Of a DNA stretch of 64,000 nt, positions 51,701 through 64,000 are shown piece after piece. The notes beneath the pieces were generated by a model, which had not been told where the DNA came from, did no database searches, and saw only the letters and a program-made list of their open reading frames with translations. Each line of letters opens with the position of its first letter. Position 1 is the stretch's first letter. This DNA is from Auanema rhodensis (lineage: Eukaryota; Animalia; Nematoda). A program made the position numbers and the translations under genes. The DNA lies in NCBI GenBank assembly GCA_964057225.1, contig OZ059897.1:12648001-12712000 (forward strand), written 5' to 3'.

Positions 51701-54700
51701 TATATGAAGCTTGCTTTCCTTCCTTCTTCTCTCTCATATATGATTAGTCTCAGAGCAAATAGATGATGATGCTCATTTCACAAAAGGCGCTTATGCACTC
51801 ACCAACGTGATCACGGCAAAATAAAAAAAAATGCCATTTGCCATTTTCATCTCATTTATTCTCATCTTTCATGTTCTTATAAAAAAATGCATACAGCATT
51901 TACTATACTAAATTAAGTTTGTCTACTGCCTCTATCTTGCTTTCTCTTATAGCATAGTCCATATTAAGTGAACTGAAAATTGTTTCCTGCGTGTCAATAG
52001 CCCTAGTGGTGCAGGCACTCCTTTCTAAATTCCAATAGAATCTTTTGTTCTACGTTTGAATCATCTCTGACTCTGTTGTATGCTTCATTAGGTTCCACCC
52101 TCCCTTTATTATTACACAGAGCTTTCGCTCTAACCCTGTTTTACTCCCCTGTTTTCTCACTTACTTTGAATATGTAAGTTCGAAAACTATTGCCTCTTCA
52201 CCTATTCGCTATTATTATATTTTCTATAATCTTTTTTTTTGTTTTCAATTAATTTTAATTTTTTTATCCCGTTTTTACTTTTTTTGTCTTTAAACAATTT
52301 GTAAATTTCTATTCCTTTTAATATCATATTTAAATATTTCAAGTTTCTATATTATATAGAACTACAGCTATGCTGATGAGGATAGTGCTGATGCTGGTGT
52401 GCATCATCTTCATCATTCGAGGCCCCCGAAAATTTCAAGGGTGAACGGTCCTCAATACACATATGCAAGTGCTTGTTATTCTCATCCTTCATTCACGCAA
52501 TCAAATGACCTCAGCCACTTTATTTAAAGAAAATTGTATTTTCTCTTTTCCTCCCTATTTAGTATTAATTTTATGTTCCTAAAATTGAACAGTTACTGTT
52601 TCTATATATCATCTTTCTTCTGTTTCTACAAAATTAGAAATAATGTTAGGGCTGTCAGGTTAATATACAACGCGGTCATCACTTAGATCTCACTACTCCA
52701 TGATTATAACGCCTACCCTTGCCCGCAGTCCCACTACCTTCATCATCATCATCATCATCATCACACCAAACCTTCATGACTCTCCATTTCCCACCTTTAG
52801 ATATAAAGTATAAAACGATGTTACCATATCCAAAAAACTTTCTGACCTCTGTTTAGCAAAAAACTATGCAGCAAGTGCATGATGCCATGCGCGCATAGTT
52901 CAAAACAAATTTGACTTATATGAGAATATATTGATTCTGAAGTTATATTATGTTTTTATTATGTTAGTATAACTTATTCGTAATTCACTATTAATAATAT
53001 TTGATTTGGTACTAAGTCTTTATCCTCCCCAGTCTGTCACAATTTGTTTGATCCTCACATAAGATATTTGCTGCTCTGACCAATTCATGAACTCTTATTA
53101 GGTTAGTGAACAAAGGAGTTTGTATGATCTTTCTTCCTTGTTACTAACAGAACATTCTATTGTCTCTACACACCTTCTCCTTTTCCGCCGTCTATTTCGC
53201 TCCGTTCTTTTCTCAGGCGTTATTTCTTTGGCACTATATTAAAGATTTTGACCGGCCACCCGACCACTGACCGCCAAGCAATCAGCGTGCATATGGGTGG
53301 GTGAACCGCGCCGAGGCTACGGACGGCCTCTTCCCGCTGCGCTACTATCATCAGGTCCCTGTGGCCTTTACTCATCTTCTTTGGTATTTTGTTTAGATTG
53401 TACGAAAGTAGAATAGCTATAGGTTTTTGGTCCCCAGTTACTTTTTCCTTATTTCGCATCTTAAAGCATCTCCAACTATATCAGATCTTGATTTAGTTTT
53501 AATTAGTTTTATTTATCTATTTTCATTGCTGATTCACTCTGCAACTTTTCTCCATGTATTCTTTAAGTCTTATTTTTCGTCAAATTATGTATATAAAGAT
53601 CATCTTCTGCTTATATTATCTTCCTAATCTCTCTGGCCAGATGTTTGGACCATCCTTAAAAGGATCCGCTTAGGCTTTAGTTCATACACAGCGTCCCGCC
53701 AATCACTAGTCATTGATTTAATTACTAGATTCGTCAAGCATTACAAGAGAGATCTTCCTTGCTTTGCTAGAAAACCTACTTTTCCCGCTTTCACAATTTG
53801 CAAGTATTCACTGGAGCGCTTTGATTTTTTATTCTCACATAAGCTCTTGTATTTTTATCGACTCTTTTTGGCACACTTTTACTTCTCTTCTTGCTTACTA
53901 ATGATATATGTTCATATTAAATGTGAATCGAAGAACATATGACAATTAATTTAACGATCTATTCATAAAGCAAATAAGCTATAGTTATATTGGGATTGTA
54001 TCTTGCATATTAGTTAAAACTGCAGTTTTTCGTTGTATAGAAAAGTAATTGTCCATTTTATTTTGGATGATGCTTTGCAGAGCGGTTGTATTTTTCTTTT
54101 TTCATCCGCAGGTAAGTCTCTTGTTTTCACTTTCGTTATTTTTGCTCATTTTAATTTACCTTTTCATTATTATATTTTTAACCAACCTGATAGCTATATT
54201 TACCTGAAAATTTTATTTATTTGTTCTCTTGAAAAACGACATGTTAAGATTTTATACAAGATACTATCCTGAAATTTAGGTATGGTTATTTGTTTTATTA
54301 GCTTGAGACGTAATTACTTGTCGTATGCTCTCTTTCCCACATATAACCTCAAGGGAGAAAGTAGAATATGAGTCACTTGCTTGCAATATTAGGTTACCCG
54401 TTTTCCCCAGCCATGCATATCCAACCAACCTAAATTTATATGGTAATGGAAATAGCGAAGTTCTCAATGATGTTCTGTATATAAATTTATCTTGTTCAAC
54501 TTTTCATCATGTATATGACATTTATGAAATTTCTCTTTTCTTTCTCACACATACACATCTGCCTTTTCAAATTGAGGTATAGCATACTGACATATTTAGT
54601 ACATCGATATAGCAAATGCCTCTTGCTATGTTATGTTTATTTCAATCCTTTCTGTACTGTTTTGAACGTCTGTTAGTTTTAGTTTTGATAAGTATTCATT

Positions 54701-57700
54701 ACTTCATATGACGCATAGATTGCTCATTCATGGAGCCCCAGATGAGAAAGATTCAAGTAAGCATAGTACTCCTTGTCCTGACCTCAATGTCTTATTACCA
54801 AGTCCTATAGGTCTAATCGATATTCATGAGGACCAAGCCTGATCTTTTTGTTATGGCATTATACATACATGTACAGGTTTTGTCCTGGCTTTCAAACGAA
54901 TGCGATTCCCCAATGAGAATTGGCTGATATTATAGTTTTTCTGTTTCGAACTTTAGCATGACAACCATATATTCCACCTACAATCGTCTTTTATTTTTAG
55001 TTTACCATTCTCGTACTTTTCGTGTTATTTCCTATAATTTCTCATGCTAAAGATATATCTAATATATTAAAGAAATTGATTTTTGAACAAGCTATATGCC
55101 TCATTGTTTAACAGTGTTGCAACGATAGCTATGTCCAAATAGATCTATTTAGCCAACATCATTTGTTGACTTGTCTATCTATCGCAGTGCTATTTTCTTC
55201 GTTTGTCATCAGATTGACCATGAATAAGCTTTGTCTTAGGTTCATGTACCCAGGAATAGAAGAAAACACATAGGCTCTGTCTTCATTTTTTTTTGAACAT
55301 GAGGGTGATTACCCGATTACTCACTATATTATTAATATTCATACATATACGGATAACCTCTTGCAAAGGTGAGTTTGGAGTTTTTTCATATACTGATATA
55401 CTTGTGTAGACATAAAAATTTTGCTGATACGATCAGTTTTCATGTTGTATCTAGAATTCTGTATGTCAATCAGAGATCTCGGATATTAGTTGAATGTTTA
55501 AAATATCAGTTCCTATGATTATGTCGATTAATTGTAGTGATAAACACCTTTTCAGTACCCAGTCAGCCTTTAAATTTCGATGTTGATTTAATTTCACCCA
55601 CTATAGTAAGTAATTTGATATAAAACTATAATGATATTGCTGTAATGTATCATTAATCTGTATCCATTCCAGGCTCGATACACATGGGAGGCCCCCAAAA
55701 ATTTTGTCGGAAATGGAGGGTATTACCTCTATGCTGATAAACTTATTAATGGCCAACCAGAAGCGGGAGCTTTGCGTAAAAAGAAAGTAGTATTCGACAA
55801 AAAAGTTTGCTTGAATAGTTAATGCTTTGTTTACCACTAATTCTATAGGCATCACATGCAGAGGTAGATGACTTGGAGCCCAATACAGAGTATTCTTTTC
55901 GTATGAATGCTTTCAATTTTCACGGTGATGGTGAATTCACTCAAACTAAAATTCTTCTCACAGGAGGATTACGTATGTATCTGCTAAATCGTTTTGTGCT
56001 ATGCTATAGATTTCAGCTCCTCGTCAACCTGAGATTCAATCTGTTGTATTATTAAGCGAAGATAGTCCTTTGAAAGCTCGTGTGGATTGGAAACGACCAG
56101 AACTTAAACCATTGGAAAGCCCAATCGAAAAGTAATAAAACCATTATAAAATTTAAAAAAAAATTCTTTGAAGATTCCACATCTGGTATCGGGCAGACGG
56201 GTCTGATAAAAAGACACATGTAACTGTTGATGGTACTAAATCCAGCGTAGAATTGAAAGGTTTATGTGAGTCCAAAAATTCAGAAAACTATTTCAAAACT
56301 AATTATAAATTTTCAGGGATGGGAAGAATATATGAAATCACTTTAGCTGCCGAAAATATTGAAGGAAAGTCTGAGAACGCAACTGAAAAATTGGAAACAC
56401 CAACCGGCTTGCCAGATGGTGAACCACTTCACGTTCAGTACGAGATTAACGAAGACACGGTACGTCTTAGTATTTTTTTTGTTCTCTACGCTTGAAAGAT
56501 CATATGAGGGTGAATGTTAGTCGTCTTTCGTAACTCGAACAATCTAATATGCAAATTTGTGTTTGTCCAGACTGTCTTTTCTTATTTCACTAGAGAAATA
56601 GAAGAAAAGTATTCCTCCTTCTTACTGACACATGGACCAGATGCGTTAATTCTGCTAATTTCTTTATATGACTTTTAATGCTTTTATGTTCTTTATGAAA
56701 AAAAATTTCTAGATCGACATACGCGTTTTCAAAATATTATTTTGATTTATTTGTACACAGACTCTTTTACAGCTTGTTTTCCAGATTTAAGTGATATCTT
56801 TTATTTTCAGATGCGCATATCCTGGGACCCTCCTGAGGAAGAGAAACGGAATGGTAATATTTCTAGCTATAAAGCCATTCTTACTCCAATGGATGCCGAG
56901 GGAGCTCGCAAAGAAGTGACGGTTAGTTATAGTTTTATTAATTCCAGCTTTTTTTTAATTTAAATCTTTTCTCCCTTTTCCTTTAATTTTGTGTGAAGAA
57001 GGTTGAAGTCTAATTCTCGATTTGTCTTCGCTAGTCAGAAAATAATGAGCTAAGATATGTGTGGGCATGGTTGGTACCCTCATCATTGATCTACTCATGG
57101 CATTGGCTTAATCTCACGATGTTGAGACAAATTTAAGTGTGATACTCATGTGCGTGTACATATTTAGTCGAACAAGCCTCTAGCTATAATCTTGTTCGAT
57201 ATTTCTTTGTTACATTTTGCACCCAAAACTGAAGTTTCTCTTTGAAATATCCCAAGTGAATTGTCAATATTGTTTTCGCCCAAATCAAAAATGCTTCTTA
57301 TGTCGTCTTATTGAATCTGTGCAATGCAACAGAATTCAATTGATATTTTCTGAACGCGATATTTAGTCTAAGTTTGTTATTGTTTCTAAACTTATATACC
57401 TCATTCTTGTCCTTAAACGATGAATACATATTCCTGTTCCTGATCTTTAAGTAGAATGTCAAATTTAGAGTAATTCCCTTTTTATTTCAGGTAGAGGAAC
57501 TCCAACATTCATTTAAAGTTGATACAAGAAAAGCTTATACTTTCAAAGTTGCAGCTTCTACTATGAAAGGATTAGGACCTTATTCTCCCGTATTGACTAT
57601 AAATCCTGATCCCTCAGGTTAGTTTATTTCAAGATTTTTGTCTTGCAACTCGTTGAAGCAACAGATCGACTTGCATGCTTGGCTAACTTTTGCCAACGTT

Positions 57701-60700
57701 TTTCATTTCATTTTATTATTATTATCTGGTGCTCATAAGAGCGAAGTTTATTATACCTATATCCTTCTTCCTTCACTCCAACTAGTCATGATACATGGTC
57801 CTTTACATTTTTAGTCATTCCATTTTATCATTTCTTATTCTAATGGACTCCGTGTCGCTATGATGACAAAAATGCATTTTCAAACAAGCCTCCTTAATGT
57901 GTCACAACTGTTTCATCCTTTTCTCTATTCAGTTGTCTTTTGAACTTTATTATTACGTATGTTCTTCTAAAATATCTGGGAATTCAAGAAGAAAACTATT
58001 ATTAATTTTCTTCTTATAATATTTCAGTTTTATGGTGTCCATATTAGCATTTTTTCACATTTTTTGCGTGGCTTTTTCGCGTGAAATTTTAAATAGGCCA
58101 TTTGCCTTGTATTTTTCGTAGTGCCAGATTGGTTGCTTTACTTATTCCTTACTTTTTATTATTTCCTTTCTTCCATTTTCTAAGTAGGATCAATGTGTTA
58201 TTCTATTATTTAGCTTTTCTATTGAATGAGTCAGCAAGTGTCATACTAGGAGTTTTCGTACATTATTCGTACAAGGCTTAGGAGTATTGTTATATGTTTT
58301 CTTGAGGTTTCCATCATCAGATTATATTTCGAGCTTCCTGTCTGCTCACTTTATCCCGCATTAGTTGATTAAATGCCCAAGTGTCAGCCCAACGGCACAT
58401 CTAGTGTGTTATATTATCTTTCGCGCTGTTTCAATCTACGAAACTGCGAAAATATATTTTATTAGTTTTAACTACTAACTTTATCCCAAAATCGCTAATT
58501 TCATTTCACGTCTATAACCTAACATGAAGGAGCAAATTTAATTTTGCATGCTATCCCCATAGATACTATTTTCAATATTTGTTTACTCACAAGAAATATG
58601 TTCCAATTTCGCTTTTAAGATCGACTTTTTGCTTCCTGATTACTTCTTAGACTTACAAATTGAGTAATTACAAAAGTTTTACTCGTCCGAAGCATGCTAA
58701 AATCTAATGCGCCTGCTGGAAACTCAAGTGCTTTTATCATGATAAATAATATATTAGTTTTTCAATTAATTTTGATTGCTGTTCAGTTCTTGCGAAGTCT
58801 TAAGTTTCATTTTGTGGTTTCTTTAAAAATTCATGGTTTCATTTCCACCTTTTCAATAGTTAATTTTTATGTTTTATATTATCTACAATGCTATACATAT
58901 ATGTATATATATATACATATGGGCATTTATATGCCTTTTTCGTTTTTCTTTTTGAATGCACTTTATGATTTTAGAAATTTAATCCATGCGGATGTGCACG
59001 GGTCAAGTATTGTATGACCACCCCTTTCTATATCTCATGTAGTAGTTAAAGCTACGTTGTAAAACGCTTACTGAAAAAGTATTTTTATGGAAATCTCTAT
59101 GAAATAACTTACAAATCAATTATATTCATATTATGTATTATCCATTATGTTCTATTACCGATTAATATACCCACGTCAAGTTATACTGAAACTGATTACT
59201 TAATATCCGGTGCAGTTACTAAACGTATCTCAGCTTATTAATATTGAGTTATATCAACAATACTTTTCATATATACACTACCATCATGCATCATTCAGTA
59301 GTTGATGTGTTTGTCACTTTCTATTTCAAATTTCCTCTTTTGACTGCACCTCTATAGCTTTCTCTGTATTATTTTAACGCTCCGCGTAATTACTCCAAAT
59401 TGAAGTCATATTTCGAATAGAAACAGCCCACATACCTGAAAAGCATATAGACTTGTTATTTCGTATAATTATTCAAATCGCTCTTGTTTTTTTTGTTTTA
59501 TTTCGATTTTTTGAGTTGCCAGTCGGATAAAAGTTCCATGTACGAATCGTTCGAAGATAGTATATCTGTTGTTGAACATACTACTATTGATCCTCTCGAG
59601 GGCCCTCTATCGCCTGATGGATGCAAGAAAGGATTATATGACAGACTCGATGATCTTCTCGGACTTATAGCCTCGGGATGGCGCTACCATATTTCTTCAA
59701 CTGATGGCGTGAAGGAGTCTTGGCTCCGTTTTGATAAAGCCACAGATAAAATATGTTCTTTAATGTCAGGTAAAATGCCCCCTATATAGCTTTTTTTCAA
59801 CGTTTTTGACTCTTCTCTTTGGGTTAATTTGTATATTTCCTTGAAGCATCCTTTTACTTTTATAAACTCACTAAGTGCCTTTTCCTTGTTGGAAGGTTCA
59901 ATGACTGACTAAAAACTCATTTCTTGTGTAGCTCATTTCTCTGAATGGCTCCTTTTATTGTCATACTTCTCAGACCACAAACTTTGAGTTCTACAGCTTA
60001 GTCCTATGCTTTCTAATCAGTGGGTGCAGGTTTTCACCCTCGTCCTTCTTCTTAGCTTGTTGGATTAATAGCGAAGTGAATTAATTTGAGTGCGATGCCC
60101 AAGATTGCGGGTTTTTTCATCTAATTTTCGTCCATCCGCTCCTTTCCGCTTCCCGATGTTTTCTTCTTCCACTCAGTTCTATTTCTTCCAAAGCCTTTCC
60201 TCGGATCTTAGTTCACTGCCTGGTTACTCAATCATCCTATTCTCTAGTCTTATTATTACTTCACTCTGCGATTCTTCTACTTGTTTCTTTCCTACCACCT
60301 CTATGGTAACGCGCCGAGCGAACAGATCTGCTCGTGGCCGTACCCAAAACGGAAAGAAAACCAAGCAACACCAGAAGTTGCAACTACAAAAACTAAATAA
60401 TGCTCGCCGAAAATCTCAAGGCATGTACCTTTTTAGAAACAAATATCTGGTATTGTTTTGTAAATTCTTGTTATTCAGAACCGGGAAGCGTGCAAAGTCT
60501 ACGTAAAACTTCTGCAGCTTTAGAAAATTTAACTGAAATGGAAGAAATTTCAACAGCAGATGTTTTTGATGCTATTGTTTTCCGTCAGCCGGGCCCGCTC
60601 GAGATTCGGCGAATGGATTCTGGCTCAATCACTGTCAAAGAAACTACTGATCTTGATATTGAGGAAGATAATGATGAGCATGGTTTTGTGGGAACTGTGG

Positions 60701-63700
60701 ATGAAGAATCTTCAGACGAGTTTGCGAATGAAAATGCGGTCCAAGAAGAGTTTTCGTCTGCGCATGCACCATCATCGACATCTTCATCTTCACCACGTAG
60801 TAATTCTTCAGTAGTTGCGCTTTGGCCACGTTAGCCTTTTCACACTCACTTTTGCTCTAAACATTAGTAATTATTCCAAATTAGGCTTTTTTCGTTGTTT
60901 CTCGCACATCTTGAATGAATGAACAACTCTCATGTCCACCCATTCAAGAAGTGCCGAAGAAGAGCCTCAAATTTCTGAGACTTGTTTGACCTTAATGGGA
61001 CTTCTCATATGGAGTTTTCGCAGAGAGTTGTTGCGAAATTGCCTTCCTCTGTGCACTATATTCCTATATTTAGTAGTAATTACCTGCTCATGCTAGTTTA
61101 GCCTGAATATTTCCGTCGATAGCTATTATACTTCTTTTGGAAAGAATCTAGTTGCAGCTACTGACTACCTTTAGTTCTTACACCAATTCGAATTTTTTAT
61201 TAGATGAATCATAGACTGCAAAGCTTGTTTTTATTTTATTACTATTTTTTAGTTTTTAGTAATTATTAATTTTTTGGAATTTAAAGGAACCTTTCAACAA
61301 ATTTAAATATGCTCTAGTCCAGAATTTCATAGTTGTTGATTATCTCCAGTTATCAAACAATACCCGCAGTAGATCCAGATAATCGCATTTTATAAATCTG
61401 ATGGGTTCTGAGTTTATTCCCATAATCCGTCCTAATGAAAGGAATATCAGTCGATCTGAGCTTCTCCGAGATAATAACTACGCGGTAGTTCGTCCTATTC
61501 CCACTCATATGCCATATTCGATTATTTCGACCGAGAAGGGAATACTATCCGCTGTTATTAACAGTCTTCTAGGACCAGGCAAACATTTTGCTTCTGTTCT
61601 TTATAAGTATAATTTGTGATTCATTGCTTTTTTTTTCAGCACTTGTCGGACCGCCTACAAATGTTCGTGTTGAAGCTACATCAAACACATCAGTAATAGT
61701 ACAATGGGATTTCGATGGAGGACCTGTATGTTTCATATAAATTCCTACAACATTTGAATTAAAAATTTATAGGTTGATGGATTTGTCGTTCGATATATGC
61801 ATGAGCCGAACCAGCGAAGAGAAGACCGATGGATTTCGCGGACGGTCCAGAGTTCTGCTACAAGACATCTTTCCATATCTCAACTTACTGCTCATAAACC
61901 CTATGCATTCTGTGTCATGGCTATAAAAAATAACGTAATGACTTTCTTTCTTCAAAGGGATTCTATTATTCAATATTTTATAGAGACAAGGAGCTTGTTC
62001 CGATCCTCCAACTATCATTAAGAGTGTCACTCCTGAGTATATGGTGACAGATCTTGAAGTCGTCTGGAAAACTAGCCAATCTGTCAATTTGAGGTTGAAA
62101 TGTCTCTTTGTTCGGAAAAGTATTCGTCGATCTTTTAGGTGGAAGTATAACGGCCCTCAACCCGTAGGATTCTATTTTCATCATACTGGTCAAAAAGAGT
62201 ATTTTGATCAAACAATGACTCTTAAAAACATGACTACACCTGGATACAAGAGAGAACTTCCAGGAGATAGAACGGAATTCCTTCTTACATCTCTTCGGCC
62301 TTATATGTCATATACCTTGCAAGTTGGAGTATATTCACAAGCAACACAGAGATACTATTGGCCCCAAGAGGTCTGTTATATCGATTCATAGTTAAAACAT
62401 CGCGTTAATCAAATTTAGGTGGAAGTAATGACAGATCCTACTGCACCACCTTATGTGGCAGCTCCTATCTTGATGGCTGGGGATTACAAAAATGGATTAA
62501 TTCCAGTGCATCTTCAACCATCAACTGAGGAGTATGGTCCTATTTCTCATTACTGGTTAATTGTACTTCCTGGCAACTTCACTCCGGTTTGTTATTTGCA
62601 TATCAATTCGCTTTTATTGTTTTAATTTTAGGAGGACGTTATGAACCTGGAACCAATCACGTTACAACGCCTCACAGATGAAAAAAGAAAAGCTTTAGCA
62701 AAACAGATAAGCGCTTCTCCAACAAAGAAGGTAGATAATCGATATATAACGTTTAAAATTCTTGTTTTACTTCAGTTCAAGAGGGAAATATCGACTGTTT
62801 TGGATACTGAAGAAGATTTGGTTGACCGGAAACGAATGAGAAGAGATATTCCGAATACCGCATATGTCACAGCTCGTTTAAAGCCGGAAGATCTCCGTAC
62901 CTATAAGCCATTTATGATTGGAGATGAAAAGGTACTATTTTGCATTCCTTCCCTTTTTCTATTGTTAAGTATTAGATTTATGATGGTTTCACCAACTTCC
63001 CATTGGAGCCAAACAATAAGTACAGACTTATGATGAGAGCATTTGCTAAAGAACACAAAGCTCATCAATTAAAACAACGCCCACCTATGTCGGAAAATCC
63101 AGCAAAAATGTATAGTGATTCTAACCTGAGCGACGTATTCTCAACACAGAGGGGTATGAGAGTTGGTGGAAAGGCTGGAGGAATGTGGCTTCTTGGTCCT
63201 ATGATAGCTCTACTTATTATTGGGCTACTTATAGGAATGCTTGTTTGCTGGTTAGTTAAAGTTTCTAATTTTAGATATAAAATATTTCTCTCAGGTGGCT
63301 TCGTTGCAATAAGAAATCGGCTGGCCGAGGGCATAGACACGGATCAATAACCAAGGTGGCTTTAGGCGGAAACATTATGAATGGCGGCCCAGGAGAAACG
63401 AGTAAACTCTTGTCTTCCGATTATGGAAGACCAATAATGAATCCATATGAACAGGTAAAGTTGCATGATGCACCACACGCATAAGGAAATATTTTTGAAG
63501 ATGAATTCAAGTGGGTGTATGGAGTCATCCTTAGATCTTTACCCTATGCCAACTAGTCACTCTCGAATGGCTAATTATGGTCCTATTCCGGTAGCAGTTC
63601 CTTGCTTACCAAATAATGGAGGAGTGATAGGTAATAAAAACGTGTAAAAACGCTTTGAACGTTTGTCTTCAGCAAATCATTCTGTTGCTCATCCAATTAT

Positions 63701-64000
63701 TCCAATCACCGAACTAGCTGCACATATTGAGCGATTACGTATGAATAACAACGCAGGGTTCCAAATGGAATTTGAATCAATTGAAAGTGGTCAAAATTTT
63801 ACTTGGGATCATAGTAATATGGATTACAACAAACATAAGAATCGTTACGCTAATGTTGTTGCTTATGATCATTCTCGGGTATCTTTAACCAATATTGATG
63901 AAGTTCCTGGTGGAGATTACATAAATGCAAATTACATCGATGGATATGATAAGGTATAAAATGATATTTTTCTTTTTCTCGTAAAATTGAAAGTTTCAGC
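39724..64000 (+). CDS. ptp-3: LAR-family (type IIa) receptor protein tyrosine phosphatase: signal peptide, 3 Ig, 9 FN3, furin site, TM, start of PTP D1; 3' end outside the window
   Basis: Signal exon 39724-39826 ([34 protein letters not shown]). Ig1 [26 protein letters not shown] from 40133; Ig2 ..[13 protein letters not shown]; Ig3 [24 protein letters not shown] from 45539. FN3 repeats span about 45909-62440, followed by the RKRMRR cleavage site, [26 protein letters not shown], and PTP wedge/KNRY motif [29 protein letters not shown]. Confidence 0.96.
45124..45259 (+). other. Candidate alternative first exon of ptp-3 with signal peptide, entering at Ig3
   Basis: [28 protein letters not shown], ending CCA G|GTTTGA (phase 1), which matches the Ig3 acceptor at 45539; upstream acceptor TACAG at 45108. 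Confidence 0.5.
52740..52762. repeat. (CAT)7 trinucleotide repeat, intronic
   Basis: Directly visible tandem repeat. Confidence 0.85.
60156..60834 (+). CDS. Hidden coding exons in the ptp-3 FN7-FN8 intron: alternative ptp-3 N-terminus/cassette, or a nested basic-acidic protein gene
   Basis: Exon 60156 (or 60303)-60420, putative GC-AG intron 60421-60478, then an acidic exon from 60479 ending at a phase-1 donor (60829) or a stop (60834). The composition looks coding against AT-rich flanks. Confidence 0.5.

Noticed and set aside
1-64000. CRISPR arrays, rRNA, transposase/RT ORFs, prokaryotic operons or terminators
   Set aside because: None seen; the sequence is intron-rich eukaryotic DNA, and the remaining short F/L/I/S-rich ORFs are compositional noise or antisense shadows of exons.

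Overview
AT-rich eukaryotic genomic DNA, almost certainly a nematode (rhabditid-like): introns are mostly 40-50 nt, acceptors are TTTCAG/TTTTAG, and unpaired acceptors (likely SL trans-splice sites) sit just before start codons. The ORF track is mostly exon fragments or noise, so I assembled gene models by hand by matching splice phases. Seven genes: (1) a minus-strand protein with a degenerate BTB domain and three C2H2 fingers, ztf-2/ztf-28-like (3578-891); (2) an FHA + PHD protein with TCF19-like architecture (8127-11335); (3) an RNF11-like RING-H2 ligase (12890-13722); (4) a minus-strand glutaminase with ankyrin repeats and several candidate alternative first exons (core 17444-14625); (5) zeta-COP (21382-22201) and (6) ORC2 (22428-24224), spaced like an operon; (7) after about 15 kb of non-coding DNA, a LAR-family receptor tyrosine phosphatase, ptp-3 (39724 to beyond the window end). 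The most interesting signals are: an unassigned, heavily self-complementary 259-nt intergenic element (11832-12090); the BTB-ZF architecture; an obligatory glutaminase intron with no AG (GT...CG); and many phase-compatible hidden exons and alternative first exons in the ptp-3 introns, two with uORF stops overlapping the start codon. No rRNA, tRNA, CRISPR array or recognisable transposase was found. Family names come from motif recognition and memory, not database searches.
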